A program made the position numbers and the translations under genes. The notes under the pieces were generated by a model. That model saw nothing but the letters and a program-made list of their open reading frames with translations, searched no databases and was not told the DNA's origin. Source: Proteromonas lacertae (taxonomy: Eukaryota). Taken from it: 64,000 nucleotides of DNA. Below, piece after piece: positions 1-11,446 of the stretch (within the stretch, counting starts at the first letter, position 1; each line of letters starts with the position of its first letter). The stretch is taken from the NCBI GenBank assembly GCA_002245135.1, contig NGBS01000621.1, forward strand, positions 1 through 64,000. The letters run 5' to 3'.

Positions 1-3000
1 AATATAAAAAGCAATCAAATAGTCGAAGTAGATCATACAAAAGTAGAAGGATTGGAAGTATTTTTTAAATATATTTATTTCATAGAGAAATGAAGAATAT
101 TGTTAGACAAATATTACAAGAAGAATATGGAGATATAAAAATAAATGAGCCAAATTTAACACCTTCTCAAACAACTCAACTAATACAAAAAATAAGAAAT
201 GAATTGTTTTATCAATCTGGTTCTTGTATATACAATATATTTTTCATATTATGTAATAGTGTATGTTAAATTGAGAGAGAAATTAGATAACAGGCAAGTA
301 TTCTCATTTGAACAAAATGATACAAGAATAAGGACAATGTTCAGACTACAATTGCGACAAGCAGTTTCAATAATGAAAGTATATTATTAATTAATTAATA
401 CATCATTTAGATTGAAAAAGATATAATAGAACCATTTAAGAAAGAATTAGAAATCAAGAATTCAGATACAATGGATTATATGGAAATACATATCAACAGT
501 TTCCTGAAGTAGAATTAATGTTTAAAGTAGGTGAAAGAAATGCACATAATAAAAACAACAACAAAAAGTCAATATTCAAAGAACTTCATGCTGATGAAGA
601 AAAGATGAAAGAATATAGAAGAAAGCAAGATTTAGAACGACAAAAACGAAAAGCAGCAGTAATTGAAAAATCAAGAAAAAGAGTAAATGAATTAAAAGAA
701 GTGGTAAGAAAAGAATTGAAAGAATTAGCTGGAATAAAAGAAGAAGAAGAAGAGAAGAAGTAAAAAGAAAATTATCAAACCCAAACCTCCACCAACTCCA
801 AAATATACAACTGAAGTGGTAAAAGACACAAATGGGTTTGATCTAAGAAGGAAAAAAGTCTTAGGAAGGTACAATTCTCAAATAAAGCTCGTCACATTTG
901 ATAAAAGTTGTCAATCTCCAAGAAATCCAACAGTAGTAAAAGAATTATTCAAACAAGATAAAATCAATCAATTTCCTATTGTAGAAACACTTTTAAAAGA
1001 GATTGGCACATTACAACTTGAATTTTTTCCACAGTTTACATCTGTTGATACAACTAAACCATTATTATTTTATGCAGAACCTTTATTAATGAAAATAAGT
1101 TCAGAAACTGAAGTTGTATTAGCTCCAAGACCACCTGCTATAACTTATGATAATTTGAAATTTAAACATATTTTATTTACTACAGATCATCTTTGTAGTT
1201 GTTTTAATGATACTGTTATTGATCATTCGAATGATAAACCATTGATGTTGAAGAATTACGAATTGCCTAAGATAAATGATGATGATTTAGATTCATTTCT
1301 ATTAAGAAGATTAGCAATAGCCACAAAATTTTAAAGAAACAAGATGAAGTCATTCAACCATTTGATTCAAAAACATTGAAGCCTGATCCGATCACACCGC
1401 ATGAATTACCAAAAGAAGAGAATGTGAATGAATTTGAGGAAAGTGAGATGGATAAACAAGCTGATGAATTAATAAAACAATTAATGGAAGGTAAAAAATC
1501 AACAAATCCACCAATAATAATTGATGAAAACGGTAATGAAATAGAATGTGAAAGTTTAGAAGAAGATGAAAATGACAGTGAGTTTATAAAAGAAGCAAAA
1601 CGAAGAGCAAAAGAGAAGATCTTAACTGAAAAACCAAATATTTCTCCTGATTTCAATCAAGATGGTACTCCAAGGACATTAGCTAATACAGATCCTAAAT
1701 TATTGAAGAAAGCACTAGAAGGAATGCTAACTCCTGTTGATATGAGTGTTGTAAGAAATAAGAAGAATAAAAATGATAATAGTGATGAAATGAAGAAGAA
1801 AATGAAGTAAAAAGAAAAAGAAAAAACCAAATGGTGATGGTGATGTAGATTTCTATGAAAATATGCCTGAAGATGAAGATGAAGATGAATATGAATATAT
1901 TGAAGTTGATGAAAATGGTAATGAAATAGAACCAAGTGATAATGATCAAACAACTTCTAATGGATTTAAGAAACTACCTCCAGTTCATTGGGGTGAAGTG
2001 AATGAAAGTGATGATATATATGCCAACATGCCAAAGGAGAAAAAAATAGTGAAAAGAATCAAAGAAAGAAGATTAATCCAGTTATAAAAATGGAGCAAAA
2101 ACCTAAAAAAAAGAGTTTTGTGAAAAATGATGATTCTTTAATTACTCATATTACTGAGATTGATGCTAAAGTTGATACACATCGAAGAACTTCATTTGTT
2201 TCAGTAAAAAATGACAAAGGAGAGATGGAAGAAGCAACTATTGAATTTGGAGTGATTAATTCAGAATCTTTTAGTGATAATGGAAAGAGTGAAAGTAACA
2301 AAAATAAAGAAGAAGAAGAAGAAGAAAATAATGATGATGTTATTGAACAAATGAAATCAATTCATGATAATGATGAAGAAGAATTAAAGAAACTAAATGA
2401 AAATAATAAAAAGCAACAACAGCATGTAATCCAGTTCAATCCTGATAGATATGTGAAACAAAAGGAGAAGGTGAGTATAGTGAGAGAATATGAAAAAAGA
2501 GATTCAAATACAGCAACCACAAAACTACCCAATATTTCAGATATTAACAATTTATTAAATGAAAATGAAGAAGTAAAAGATAATAGTAATCAATCACCCA
2601 CACAACAGCAACCATTCAAAAGAATAGTATCAAAATCAAGACCATTAACCAGAAAGAATTCTCCAAATAAGAAAAGACCAGCAACTACAGAACAAGAAGT
2701 TCCAAAACTTAAGACAATGGATACAAATCCTTTACCAACTCCACCACCACAACTACTGAATAAAACAGCTCCACCGCATATTAGAAGAGTTAATATAAAG
2801 TTTAATAAACCTGAAAATAATAATAATAATAATAATCAATCTCCAACTAATAATAATAATAAATCAAAATCTCCAACAATTGAACCACTGACTAACGAAG
2901 AAATTGACAAAATCAAAGAAGAATTAGAATTAAGAGAGAATCAATCAATTAGAATGGAATATGAAAAGAAAAAGAAGATTAAAGATAGATTGAATGGTTT

Positions 3001-3691
3001 ATTTGAAACATTAGAAATGCCATTACAATCTCGTTTAGATTTTGTAGTCAGATATTCACATCCTCCACTTCAAGAACATTTAGAAGAGGTTTTATACTCA
3101 ATGGAAAATATTGCTCGATATATTGTTAAAAGAGAAAACGCATTAGAAAACTTGAGAAAGTTTGAATCTAAACATTCTGATCCTCGAAGATTTCTAGGAA
3201 ATAATAAGCAACAGCAAAGTGGTTTAGAGTTTATTAAAGAACAAAAGAAGAGAAAAACTCTTGAAACCAAGTTGGAATATTATACGGATAAGTGTTACAA
3301 GATATTAACTGACTTTGCTAAAGTATCGAAAGAGAATATAACTTATAAAGGAGAAGCATATCATGAAAAAATGGAATGCGATAAAACTTCAATGTTATAT
3401 GAATTGGAAGATGAAAGAATTGAAGAATTTAGAAAGAAAATGAAAGACAATGCTGTTGCTGAACCATTTGCTAATAATGAGAAAATATATCTACCAGATA
3501 TAGCAAAATACAATAGATTAGCTACATCTCCAATATCTTTAGAAGAATACAAGTTGTTAAAACCGCCAGATTGGAAACCTCCAGGAAGAGGCTCAATTAC
3601 AGGTCCTTTAAGCTCACTTCGTGCTCATGAGCCTTATGCTCCACCATCTTCTCATATTTCATTCAGAGAAGACTCTCCAAGTCCATCATAG
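1..3691 (+). CDS. CCDC87-like (MAP65/ASE1-family C-terminal domain) protein; 5'-partial, interrupted by short introns and several 1-nt frameshifts
   Basis: The C-terminal block RLNGLFETLEMPLQSRLDFVVRYS...KRENALENLRKFESKHSDPRRF...ITYKGEAYHEKMECDKTSMLYELE matches the CCDC87 signature. Upstream ORFs (518, 816, 1376, 1863, 2090) abut and join through introns (~58-87, ~226-259, ~379-410) and indels in homopolymers. Whether all of them form one gene is inferred. Confidence 0.6.
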
Positions 3692-3756
3692 TAGAAGTAA
3701 ATTGATTAATAATTTAATAGTTGTTTATATGATGTATTTTGGATGAATATATAACA

Positions 3757-3829
3757 GCTGTGATAGCTCAGATGGGAGAGCGTTAGACTGAAGATCTAAA
3801 GGTCGCTGGTTCAATCCCGGCTCATAGCG
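3757..3829 (+). tRNA. trnF: tRNA-Phe (GAA)
   Basis: 73-nt cloverleaf: acceptor GCTGTGA/TCATAGC, D-arm GCTC..GAGC, anticodon stem TTAGA-CTGAAGA-TCTAA, T-loop GGTTCAATCC. A T-tract follows. Confidence 0.97.
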
Positions 3830-3832
3830 TTG

Positions 3833-3849
3833 TTTTTTATTTTTTTTTT
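3833..3849 (+). terminator. RNA Pol III oligo-T terminator of tRNA-Phe
   Basis: T6-A-T10 run immediately 3' of the tRNA. Confidence 0.75.
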
Positions 3850-3933
3850 ATTTTTCGTTTTATTTTTCATTACATATTAAAAATTGAGTTGCTAATTAAA
3901 CTATATTACATAACTGCAAATGCGACTAGAAGA

Positions 3934-4600
3934 ATGAGCGAAGGAGATACCTGTACAAAAATTGAAAAGAACGTGAATTACATCACCTTAGATGATAGAG
4001 ATGTTCAGTATTATACCATTAAAGGGTATTGTAAACCAGGCTGAACCTTATTGTGATAATCCATCTAATGTGACTTATCATATTATAGCATTCAATCCTT
4101 CAAAGTTTGTTATGCATAACAAACAGCCTATTAAGAACTATTTCAAGGAAGTAAAAGAGGTATTGAAAAAAATATTATTAGATGCTGCTATGAGTTACAC
4201 AGAAGACAGTGATTTAAAGAAGGAATTTAAGAAAAGAGGTGTTAAAGTGATAATACCAGATGATAACAAATCTATAAAATTATGGACATGGAAAAATAAG
4301 ATAAAGAACCTCAATGCAGCTCTTTTTAACGGTTGTCAATGCGATATTAGAGTAAAAAGTATTGCCATTACTGATAAAAAAGATAATGAAAAATTTGCAA
4401 TCATTCTGAAATTCGAGATAGATTCCAGCATCAAGATATTCGAAAAGAAAGATAAGAATGAAGATGAGAATGAGGATAAGTGTGCCCAACCAGATGATTT
4501 TAATGATCAAGATTTGAAGGTTTGCATATATGTCTTTGTTCTGAAGTCTAACATGCATAATATTAATGGAATTGATGTATTATTATTTATTATTAAATGA
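3934..4600 (+). CDS. Orphan intronless protein, possible OB-fold ssDNA-binding protein (T7 gp2.5/viral SSB-like) with acidic tail; probable frameshift near 4020
   Basis: ATG 3934 gives MSEGDTCTKIEKNVNYITLDDRDVQYYTIKG, which joins the 3992 ORF by a 1-nt shift. The beta-rich end LFNGCQCDIRVKSIAITDKKDNEKFAIILKFEIDSSIKIFE is followed by acidic DKNEDENED..DDFNDQD. The fold is inferred. Confidence 0.35.
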
Positions 4601-4789
4601 ATAATTATAGTTAATTAATTCATCTGGTAATTTGTTTTTCTCCATCTCATGAACAATTTTCTTGATTTTTAGGTATGCTATAATGTTTAGTGAGCCTAAT
4701 ATATTAAGTACACCATCTAAAATTTTCCAATCTATTGAATCTGATGGAGGGATGATTTCATTTCCATCTAAACAAATAAATACAATTTC
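4583..4789 (-). pseudogene. Possible hAT-transposase-like fragment
   Basis: Open 68-codon frame EIVFICLDGNEIIPPSDSIDWKILDGVLNILGSLNII..., preceded by an intron-like GTAATT...ATTAG. DWKILDGVLNIL resembles the hAT eW..l..l..lL.pf helix. The resemblance is weak. Confidence 0.25.
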
Positions 4790-4838
4790 CTAATTTTAAA
4801 GCATAATAATAACAATAAAATTACAGCTAATTATTTAG

Positions 4839-5073
4839 CTATTTGTGTTTAATAAACACCCTATATTGTAAAGATCTTAAAGTAATTAATGGATTTCTTT
4901 CCATACATCTAATAACAAATCTCACCATTCTACTATTAATCTTTACTAATTTTTCCGCTGAAGACTAAGCTGAACACTCTTGCATCTTCCTCTTCTGATC
5001 TACTCTCTTCAATACAATATCTGACGATCATTTTTCTAATATTCGGTTCTATGGCTTTTCCTTTAGCTGGCAT
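4839..5073 (-). pseudogene. Degenerate Tc1/IS630-type transposase N-terminal DNA-binding region
   Basis: MPAKGKAIEPNIRKMIVRYCIEESRSEEEDARVFSL (first HTH), then SGKISK and after a frameshift KINSRMVRFVIRCMERNPLITLRSLQYRV. This fits the Tc1 GRPR-linker and R.I.R....NP..T...L second HTH pattern. There is no DDE domain and the frame has stops. Confidence 0.6.
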
Positions 5074-5108
5074 CTATTTAAGAATATATATTATTGTCAT
5101 ACAAGAGC

Positions 5109-5724
5109 TGTTGTTCCCCGTTGAGTACAACTCCCCGTTGAGCGATTAGAGACTTTAGAAACAAACTAAATGCATATTCTTACTTATTTTGATGAATAAT
5201 TGTTACTTTTATACTTACTTTGTCATAGAACTTATGTCTGCAATATACTTTTTTGATAACTTTAGTATAGAATATATGAAACGCATTTATTTTTATTTTT
5301 TATTTTAATGTTTTATTCATTACTAGAGACTAAAATGAATTAACTGAAATGATTAAAATACTTAAATTCTAATTTGAAGACCTTAAAAACCAAAAAATAA
5401 AAATAAAGTCAAGCCTCACTCAAGCCAACTTTTTACATTTCTTTTTTAGACATGTATAAGTAAATGTTCATTAATTCTAATCATTTCAATTAATCAATTT
5501 TAGTCTGTAGTAATGAATGAAACACTAAAACGAAAAATAAAAATAAATGCGTTTCATATATTCTATACTAAAGTTATCAAAAAAGTATATTGCAGACATA
5601 AGTTCTATGACAAAGTAAGTATAAAAGTAACAATTATTCATCAAAATAAGTAAGAATATGCATTTAGTTTGTTTCTAAAGTCTCTAATCGCTCAACGGGG
5701 AGTTGTACTCAACGGGTAACAACA
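5109..5724. mobile_element. 616-bp non-autonomous foldback element (MITE) with ~250-bp TIRs, TGT...ACA termini and 5-bp TSD AGAGC (Ginger2/TDD-like termini)
   Basis: Left arm 5109-~5359 is the reverse complement of ~5475-5724. The outer ~190 bp show one mismatch by eye. AGAGC lies at 5104-5108 and 5725-5729. There is no ORF. Confidence 0.92.
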
Positions 5725-5770
5725 AGAGCAAAATAAACATGAAAAAATAAAAAATTAAAATAAAAAAAAA

Positions 5771-5990
5771 CTCCGCTTGAAGCAGTGTTTATATGCAGAG
5801 AATACACTTCCAAGTTCGGCTGAAAAAAGAGAATGAGCCGAGAATAAGATAAGAAAAAGAATGATGTGTTTTTATTAATCAAAAACGTTTTTATTGATGA
5901 AAATACAATATGGGGGAATGACTCACAAGTGATTTCCCCCCTTACTCATTATTATTGTAATAATTAGCTTACAGCAATATACAGACATCA
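5771..5990 (+). ncRNA. Candidate structured non-coding RNA (or ssDNA hairpin array), family unassigned
   Basis: GC-enriched non-coding stretch with consecutive hairpins at 5815-5842, 5865-5907 (three G-U pairs only on the + strand) and 5912-5941. Confidence 0.45.
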
Positions 5991-6064
5991 AAAATTAAAA
6001 AAATCATTTTAAATCCGAAAACCGTAACCCCAACTTTCTTTTTATTTTTTTATTCTTGCTTCAA

Positions 6065-7085
6065 ATGGATCGTACAAGTGATTTTTTGCAATTTTTATCC
6101 GATAATAATATATCACAGGATAGAATAAATACTATAGGAGAAAATAATGGTTTTTTGATAAAAGCTAACCAAATTGTATTCTATTTTAATTTAATAGTAG
6201 TATAATAATATTCAATTACTAGAAGATACATTAGAAAGTATTGAAAAGTATTGAATATATTGTAAAAGTGTAGAGATGTTAATCTAGAAGAAGAGAATAA
6301 AGATGTTGAAGACGAGATGATAATGGAAAATTTGAAATTATGTGATGAAGAAATAAATCAATATAATGAAGAAATAGAAGGTATAAAAGTTAGATTTAAC
6401 CTAATTTAGTATCAGATATTAATCAAACAGAATTATCTCACTATACAAAAGTTAAAGAATATTTATATGATGTATATATACGTTTTTATATAATTGTTAT
6501 AGAAATTGAAGGTATTTACCAAAGAGTTTAAAATGTACAGAAGAAGAAGAACAAAATTATGTGAATTATTATCTACTCGACTTGTAGATCCTATTACTAT
6601 ATCCAGAAACATGAAAATGGCAAAAAATATAAATACTCTATCTATGGAAGATGAAAAAACAGATATTAGATATAATAAAGAAGACAGAGAAAAATTATAC
6701 AATGAAAATTTATCATTAATGGTATGTATAATAATAGTAGTAAAATATATAAATTATTAGAGTAAATTCAAAACTGAAGAGGAAGAAGTAAGGTATAAAT
6801 ATTATAAATTTTATATTATATGTTTTATATATCAACAGATTACTAGAAGTTAAAGCACAGGAAACTGCAGAATTAATTGAACAATTTTCAACAACTGTGA
6901 TGGAACAGCATGAGACTATAGGTGAAATATCAATGAATTTGGAAGATACACAATTTCACTTAGAAAAGGGGAATAAATATTTGGATAAGACAATAGAGTA
7001 TAATACAAACTCAAGATTTGTTATGTTTGTATACACTATGCTGATGACATTTTCCATATTATTTTTGAATTGGTATAATAGATAA
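6065..7085 (+). CDS. STX18: Syntaxin-18/Ufe1-like ER Qa-SNARE (multi-intron)
   Basis: N-terminal MDRTSDF, SNARE motif EQHETIGEISMNLEDTQFHLEKGNKYL, and C-terminal TM ending SILFLNWY. Confidence 0.8.
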
Positions 7086-7176
7086 TGTAATTCTCGTTTT
7101 AAAGTGTTTTTTGGAATTATTACTTAGATTTACATAATTACTGTCATTTTTTGGTCATTTTTACTAGAAATAATTA

Positions 7177-10100
7177 ATGACGAAATTTGAGATATCAGAA
7201 GAGTTAATTGCATTGTGTAAGAGTGAAAAGGAAAAAGGAAAGCATGAATTGTATGTAGAAGGATGTACTATATTTTATAGAACAAATTTGTTGAATAATG
7301 CCATTTCTTGCTTTAATCCAGGTAATTTTGATGTGGGAAGTATTTTTATATAATTTTATTCTGAGCAGATATACCAGAGCTTAAATCATTTATGTACAAT
7401 CTTTTTACTGAGGTGATTAAGCAAAAGATTGAGGTTCCATTAGTAGTTGGTGTATTAGATTGCATAAAAGGAAAGCCAGAATATATTGAGATTGTTATAG
7501 ATATCTTATGGTTATTGGGAATAGAAATTGAGAGTAATGAGTCAAAAGAGTTGAGACATATGAGTGAAGAGTGGAAAACATACGGCAAGCTGGTATTGGA
7601 TTTAAATGGAAATGATATTTGCTCAATCGAAGAACTTTCAAGTAGATTAGAAATGAGTGAAATTGAAATCTCAGGAATTCAAAAAGACTACAAATCATTC
7701 GAGAAGAAATTAATCCGTATAAATACCAGATTATACTATACACAAAACAAATACAACTTATTACGTGAAGAAAACGAAGGTTTTAGCAAATTAATTACTG
7801 AGTTATATGTAGTATTAAATGATAAAAATGTGAATGAAATATTATCCCATATTCAATCACTAATTGGTTATTTTGATTTAGATCCACATAGAGTATGTGA
7901 TATTATATTAACGTGTTTTGAATCTCAATTACAATATTATAATAGTTATATTCAAATACTATCAAACTTAGAAAGAGAATATATTCCACATATTTTAGGA
8001 TTTAAATTTAGACAACATGTTCCAACAGATCCTTCTAATACAAGAACACCTGATTCATTGTCATTAGTAACTGCTTACTTAATAGATAATGATATAATCA
8101 CAATTGGCGATATTTACAATCACTTATATCCTGAAGAAAAAGATTTAGCAAATATGTTTAACTCTAGAAAAATGTATGTAGAACAATATAATAAATCATT
8201 GAAAGTAATTACAATCAACGGAATTCAAGCTCCAACCAATAAAAATGATTGTAATATTGTTGATAATCAACATATTCAATTACTTTGTAATTTATTAAGA
8301 ATCGGTAGTTGGAAGAATTTTATGATTTATTACAAGCATTTATCATCTTTAGAAATCAATATTTTATATGATAAACAAATAATTATATCATTATGTAATT
8401 ATTTGTTATATTTAATCTCGCCTATCTATGAAAACAGTATATCTATTCAGAAGAAATTAAACCAAGATTATAAATCATATTATACAAATAAAAAGATTAA
8501 AGTCACGTCCAACAAATCATTACCACGTGTAAATGATTTCAAAGAGTTATTAAATACACTGGACACTGTATTAAGTGTATTAAGATATATGGTAATAACA
8601 GATATTACATTATTTACATATATTTGTAGATTATTGAGGTATTATATCAATCAAGAGTCAGATTATTTCCAACAGAATGATAACCATCAATTATTGATGA
8701 AAATATTATCATCTTATTTAGTTCCTAGTTTGTCCTTAGTAAATTACAATCCTGCACTAAGTCATGAACTATGGACTATTTTAGATAACTTTCCATTCTA
8801 CCAGCGTTATGAAATATACTCATATTGGCAATATCTCAATAGTACAGAACCAATATTAGAAGCAAGTTGTAAAACAATGGAAAATAATGCAACTCAAAAG
8901 ATGAAAAGATTGACTAAAGATAATGGTGGAATAATTGGTAGACAAATATCAATATTAACTCATTCTAGTCCACTGTCCGTGTTTGAAGTAATATTCCGTC
9001 AGATTGAAAGTTATGACAATTTAATAGGTGTAGTTGTTGATAGTGCAAGATGTTATACTTATTTAAGTTACGATATTTTGTTTTATTATTTCTTATATCA
9101 ATTAAGTAAAGATAGAAGTGAGTTAAAATCTGATGGAGAAAATTTTGAAGATTGGTTATGTAATGTAAGTAGATTTATTGGTTTACTCGCCAATAAATAT
9201 CATTTCACTGATTTAACTGGAATATTTGAATATATAAGTAATACATTAATAAAAGGAAGTATAGGTGAATTATTAATATTAAATTCATTGATTCAAGAAA
9301 TGGGTGGTGTGGAAATAATGAACCACAATAATATAACTGAAAGTCAGTTATTATGTAGCAGTGGCGGAATGCTTTTGATTGGAGAAAAAAGCTTTTACAA
9401 TTACAATTATCGATCTGAAAAAATATCCAAAAAATTAAGAAACACATTGATGAGTAATAACTTGTTAACTAGATTATTAATACAATTAGGTATTGAGAGA
9501 AGTAGAGTAATATATGATTATGAGGATACAAGTAAAAAGATGTTATATTCCTTATTAGATACTACTCATTTATCACTATCTTTATTAGCATATTTATGTT
9601 TTAGAGATAGTGAGTTATATACGTCTTTTACAAATTCTATTGAACATCCATTTGTGTTTAAAGAGAGATATAATATGGATATGGAAGTGATATTTCATTT
9701 ATTAAGAAACAAAATGAAAAATTGTTATTTGAATAATAATAATAATAATAATATTTGGTATCCATATTCGGATCAATTTAAAGAATTATTAAAGAGATGT
9801 TTAAAACCAGAAATCTTAGATTCTATTACTATTGAATTGTATATCACATTTTGGATATTGTCTTATCCTGATGTTAAAGTACCAAGAGAACAATATGATA
9901 AATATATAAAAGAATTAGAAGATAAAATCAAAGATGAAAAAGATATAGATGAAAAGAAAGAGTTAAAATCAACCTTAGAAAAAGTAAAAGAAGAATTAGT
10001 TCAACAAGGCAAAGACTATATGGCAATGGATGCTTTATTAAAGAAGAATAAAGAAATATATTTAAAAGACATCGTCAATCATAAAGAATCGATAAATATA

Positions 10101-11210
10101 TTTATAAAATATTGTATAAAGCCAAGAATCTTATTCAGTTATGATGATGCTATTTATTCAGCAACTTTTGTTGAGAAGATCAACACCATTGGAACTCCTT
10201 ATTTTTCAACTATTCAATTCTATTATAAAATAAGTGATGTTCTATTTCCAATTATTCCAAAGTTGAGTGAAAGAGAAGCAAGTAATTTGGGTTTGTTTTT
10301 ATGTGAATTGTGGAGAAAGTTGAATGAATGGAGAAGTAATAAAAACACTTATACGAAAGAATGTGAAAATAATCCTGGTTTTTGTAAGAAATACCGTCAA
10401 TTAGAAAGTGAAAAATATGGTTATGATGAATATATTAAGATATATAGTAAAATGCACAAAACTCAAATCGAATCGTTTTTAAATTACTTAAAAAGTGATG
10501 AATATTCAAATCTAAGAAATAGTTTGATAGTATTGAAAAAGATGATAGATGTATATCCAATGATAAAAAGTGATTATGATAATTTAATTTTATCAATAAA
10601 AAGTATTATAAACAATAAACGATTTGAAGATGTGACATTATTTGCGAAGAATTATAATGCTGAATTATTAAAGAATGAAAGTCGAATGATCAATTATAAA
10701 TCAAAACCGACAATTCATTCGAATATATCTAATACTCCAAATACAACTCCTCGAGATACTAATGTCATAAAGAAAACAATAATAACTCCATCACTTCCAC
10801 CTACTTCAACTACTAATAATGCATCATCATCAAATATAGAAGTGAAACGAGAGAATTCCAAGAACATGGATGAATTGAATAGAAGTGAAGCAACTAAACG
10901 AAAAGAAGCTCCAAGCTCCAATGAAAATATTCCTTCCAAGAAAACCAAACTATCATCCAATATAAAAGTAAAAGAAGAAATAAAACGAGAAAATAATAAT
11001 AATAATGAACGAGAAAGATCTCATTCTCGTTCTTCAAGTCATCGAAATGAAGATCGAAGACAATCTTCATCAACCAGAGGAATAATAAGAAAAGAAGAAG
11101 GTGAATTAAATGACTATCAAAATCGAAATAAACGAGATTATAATAATCATAATGACAATGATTATGAAGAAAAAAGATATGGTAGAAGAGGTAGTAATAG
11201 ACGAAGATGA
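7177..11210 (+). CDS. THOC2: THO complex subunit 2
   Basis: RINTRLYYTQNKYNLLREENEGFSKLITEL, SLIGYFDLDPHRVCDIIL, QIESYDNLIGVVVD, YCIKPRILFSYDDAIYSATF. Two small 5' introns. Confidence 0.95.
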
Positions 11211-11446
11211 TGGATGATAGAATGACAATCATTATAAAATACTTAAAGTGATAATTTCTCATTTATATTGCTTTTAATTCTAATAATGTCATAAAATACT
11301 ACAGAATTCACTAATCTACTTTTTTTTCTTGTTGTAATTGATTAATATTATGGATAGTAATAAATATCCATAATATCAAAAGGAAGAAAGGTTTAATCAT
11401 CCTCAAATTCAATTTATAAAAATATATTCGTTTCATATCATCAAAA

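Noticed and set aside
5941..5952. U12 snRNA-like ATGAGTAAGG on the minus strand
   Set aside because: Only a 10-nt match. The branch-pairing continuation (GAAAA) and the Sm site are absent, and G-U pairs favour the plus strand.
6021..6034. Telomerase-template-like TAACCCCAAC near the hairpin array
   Set aside because: The telomere repeat of this organism is unknown here, the match is short, and it lies in the syntaxin promoter region.
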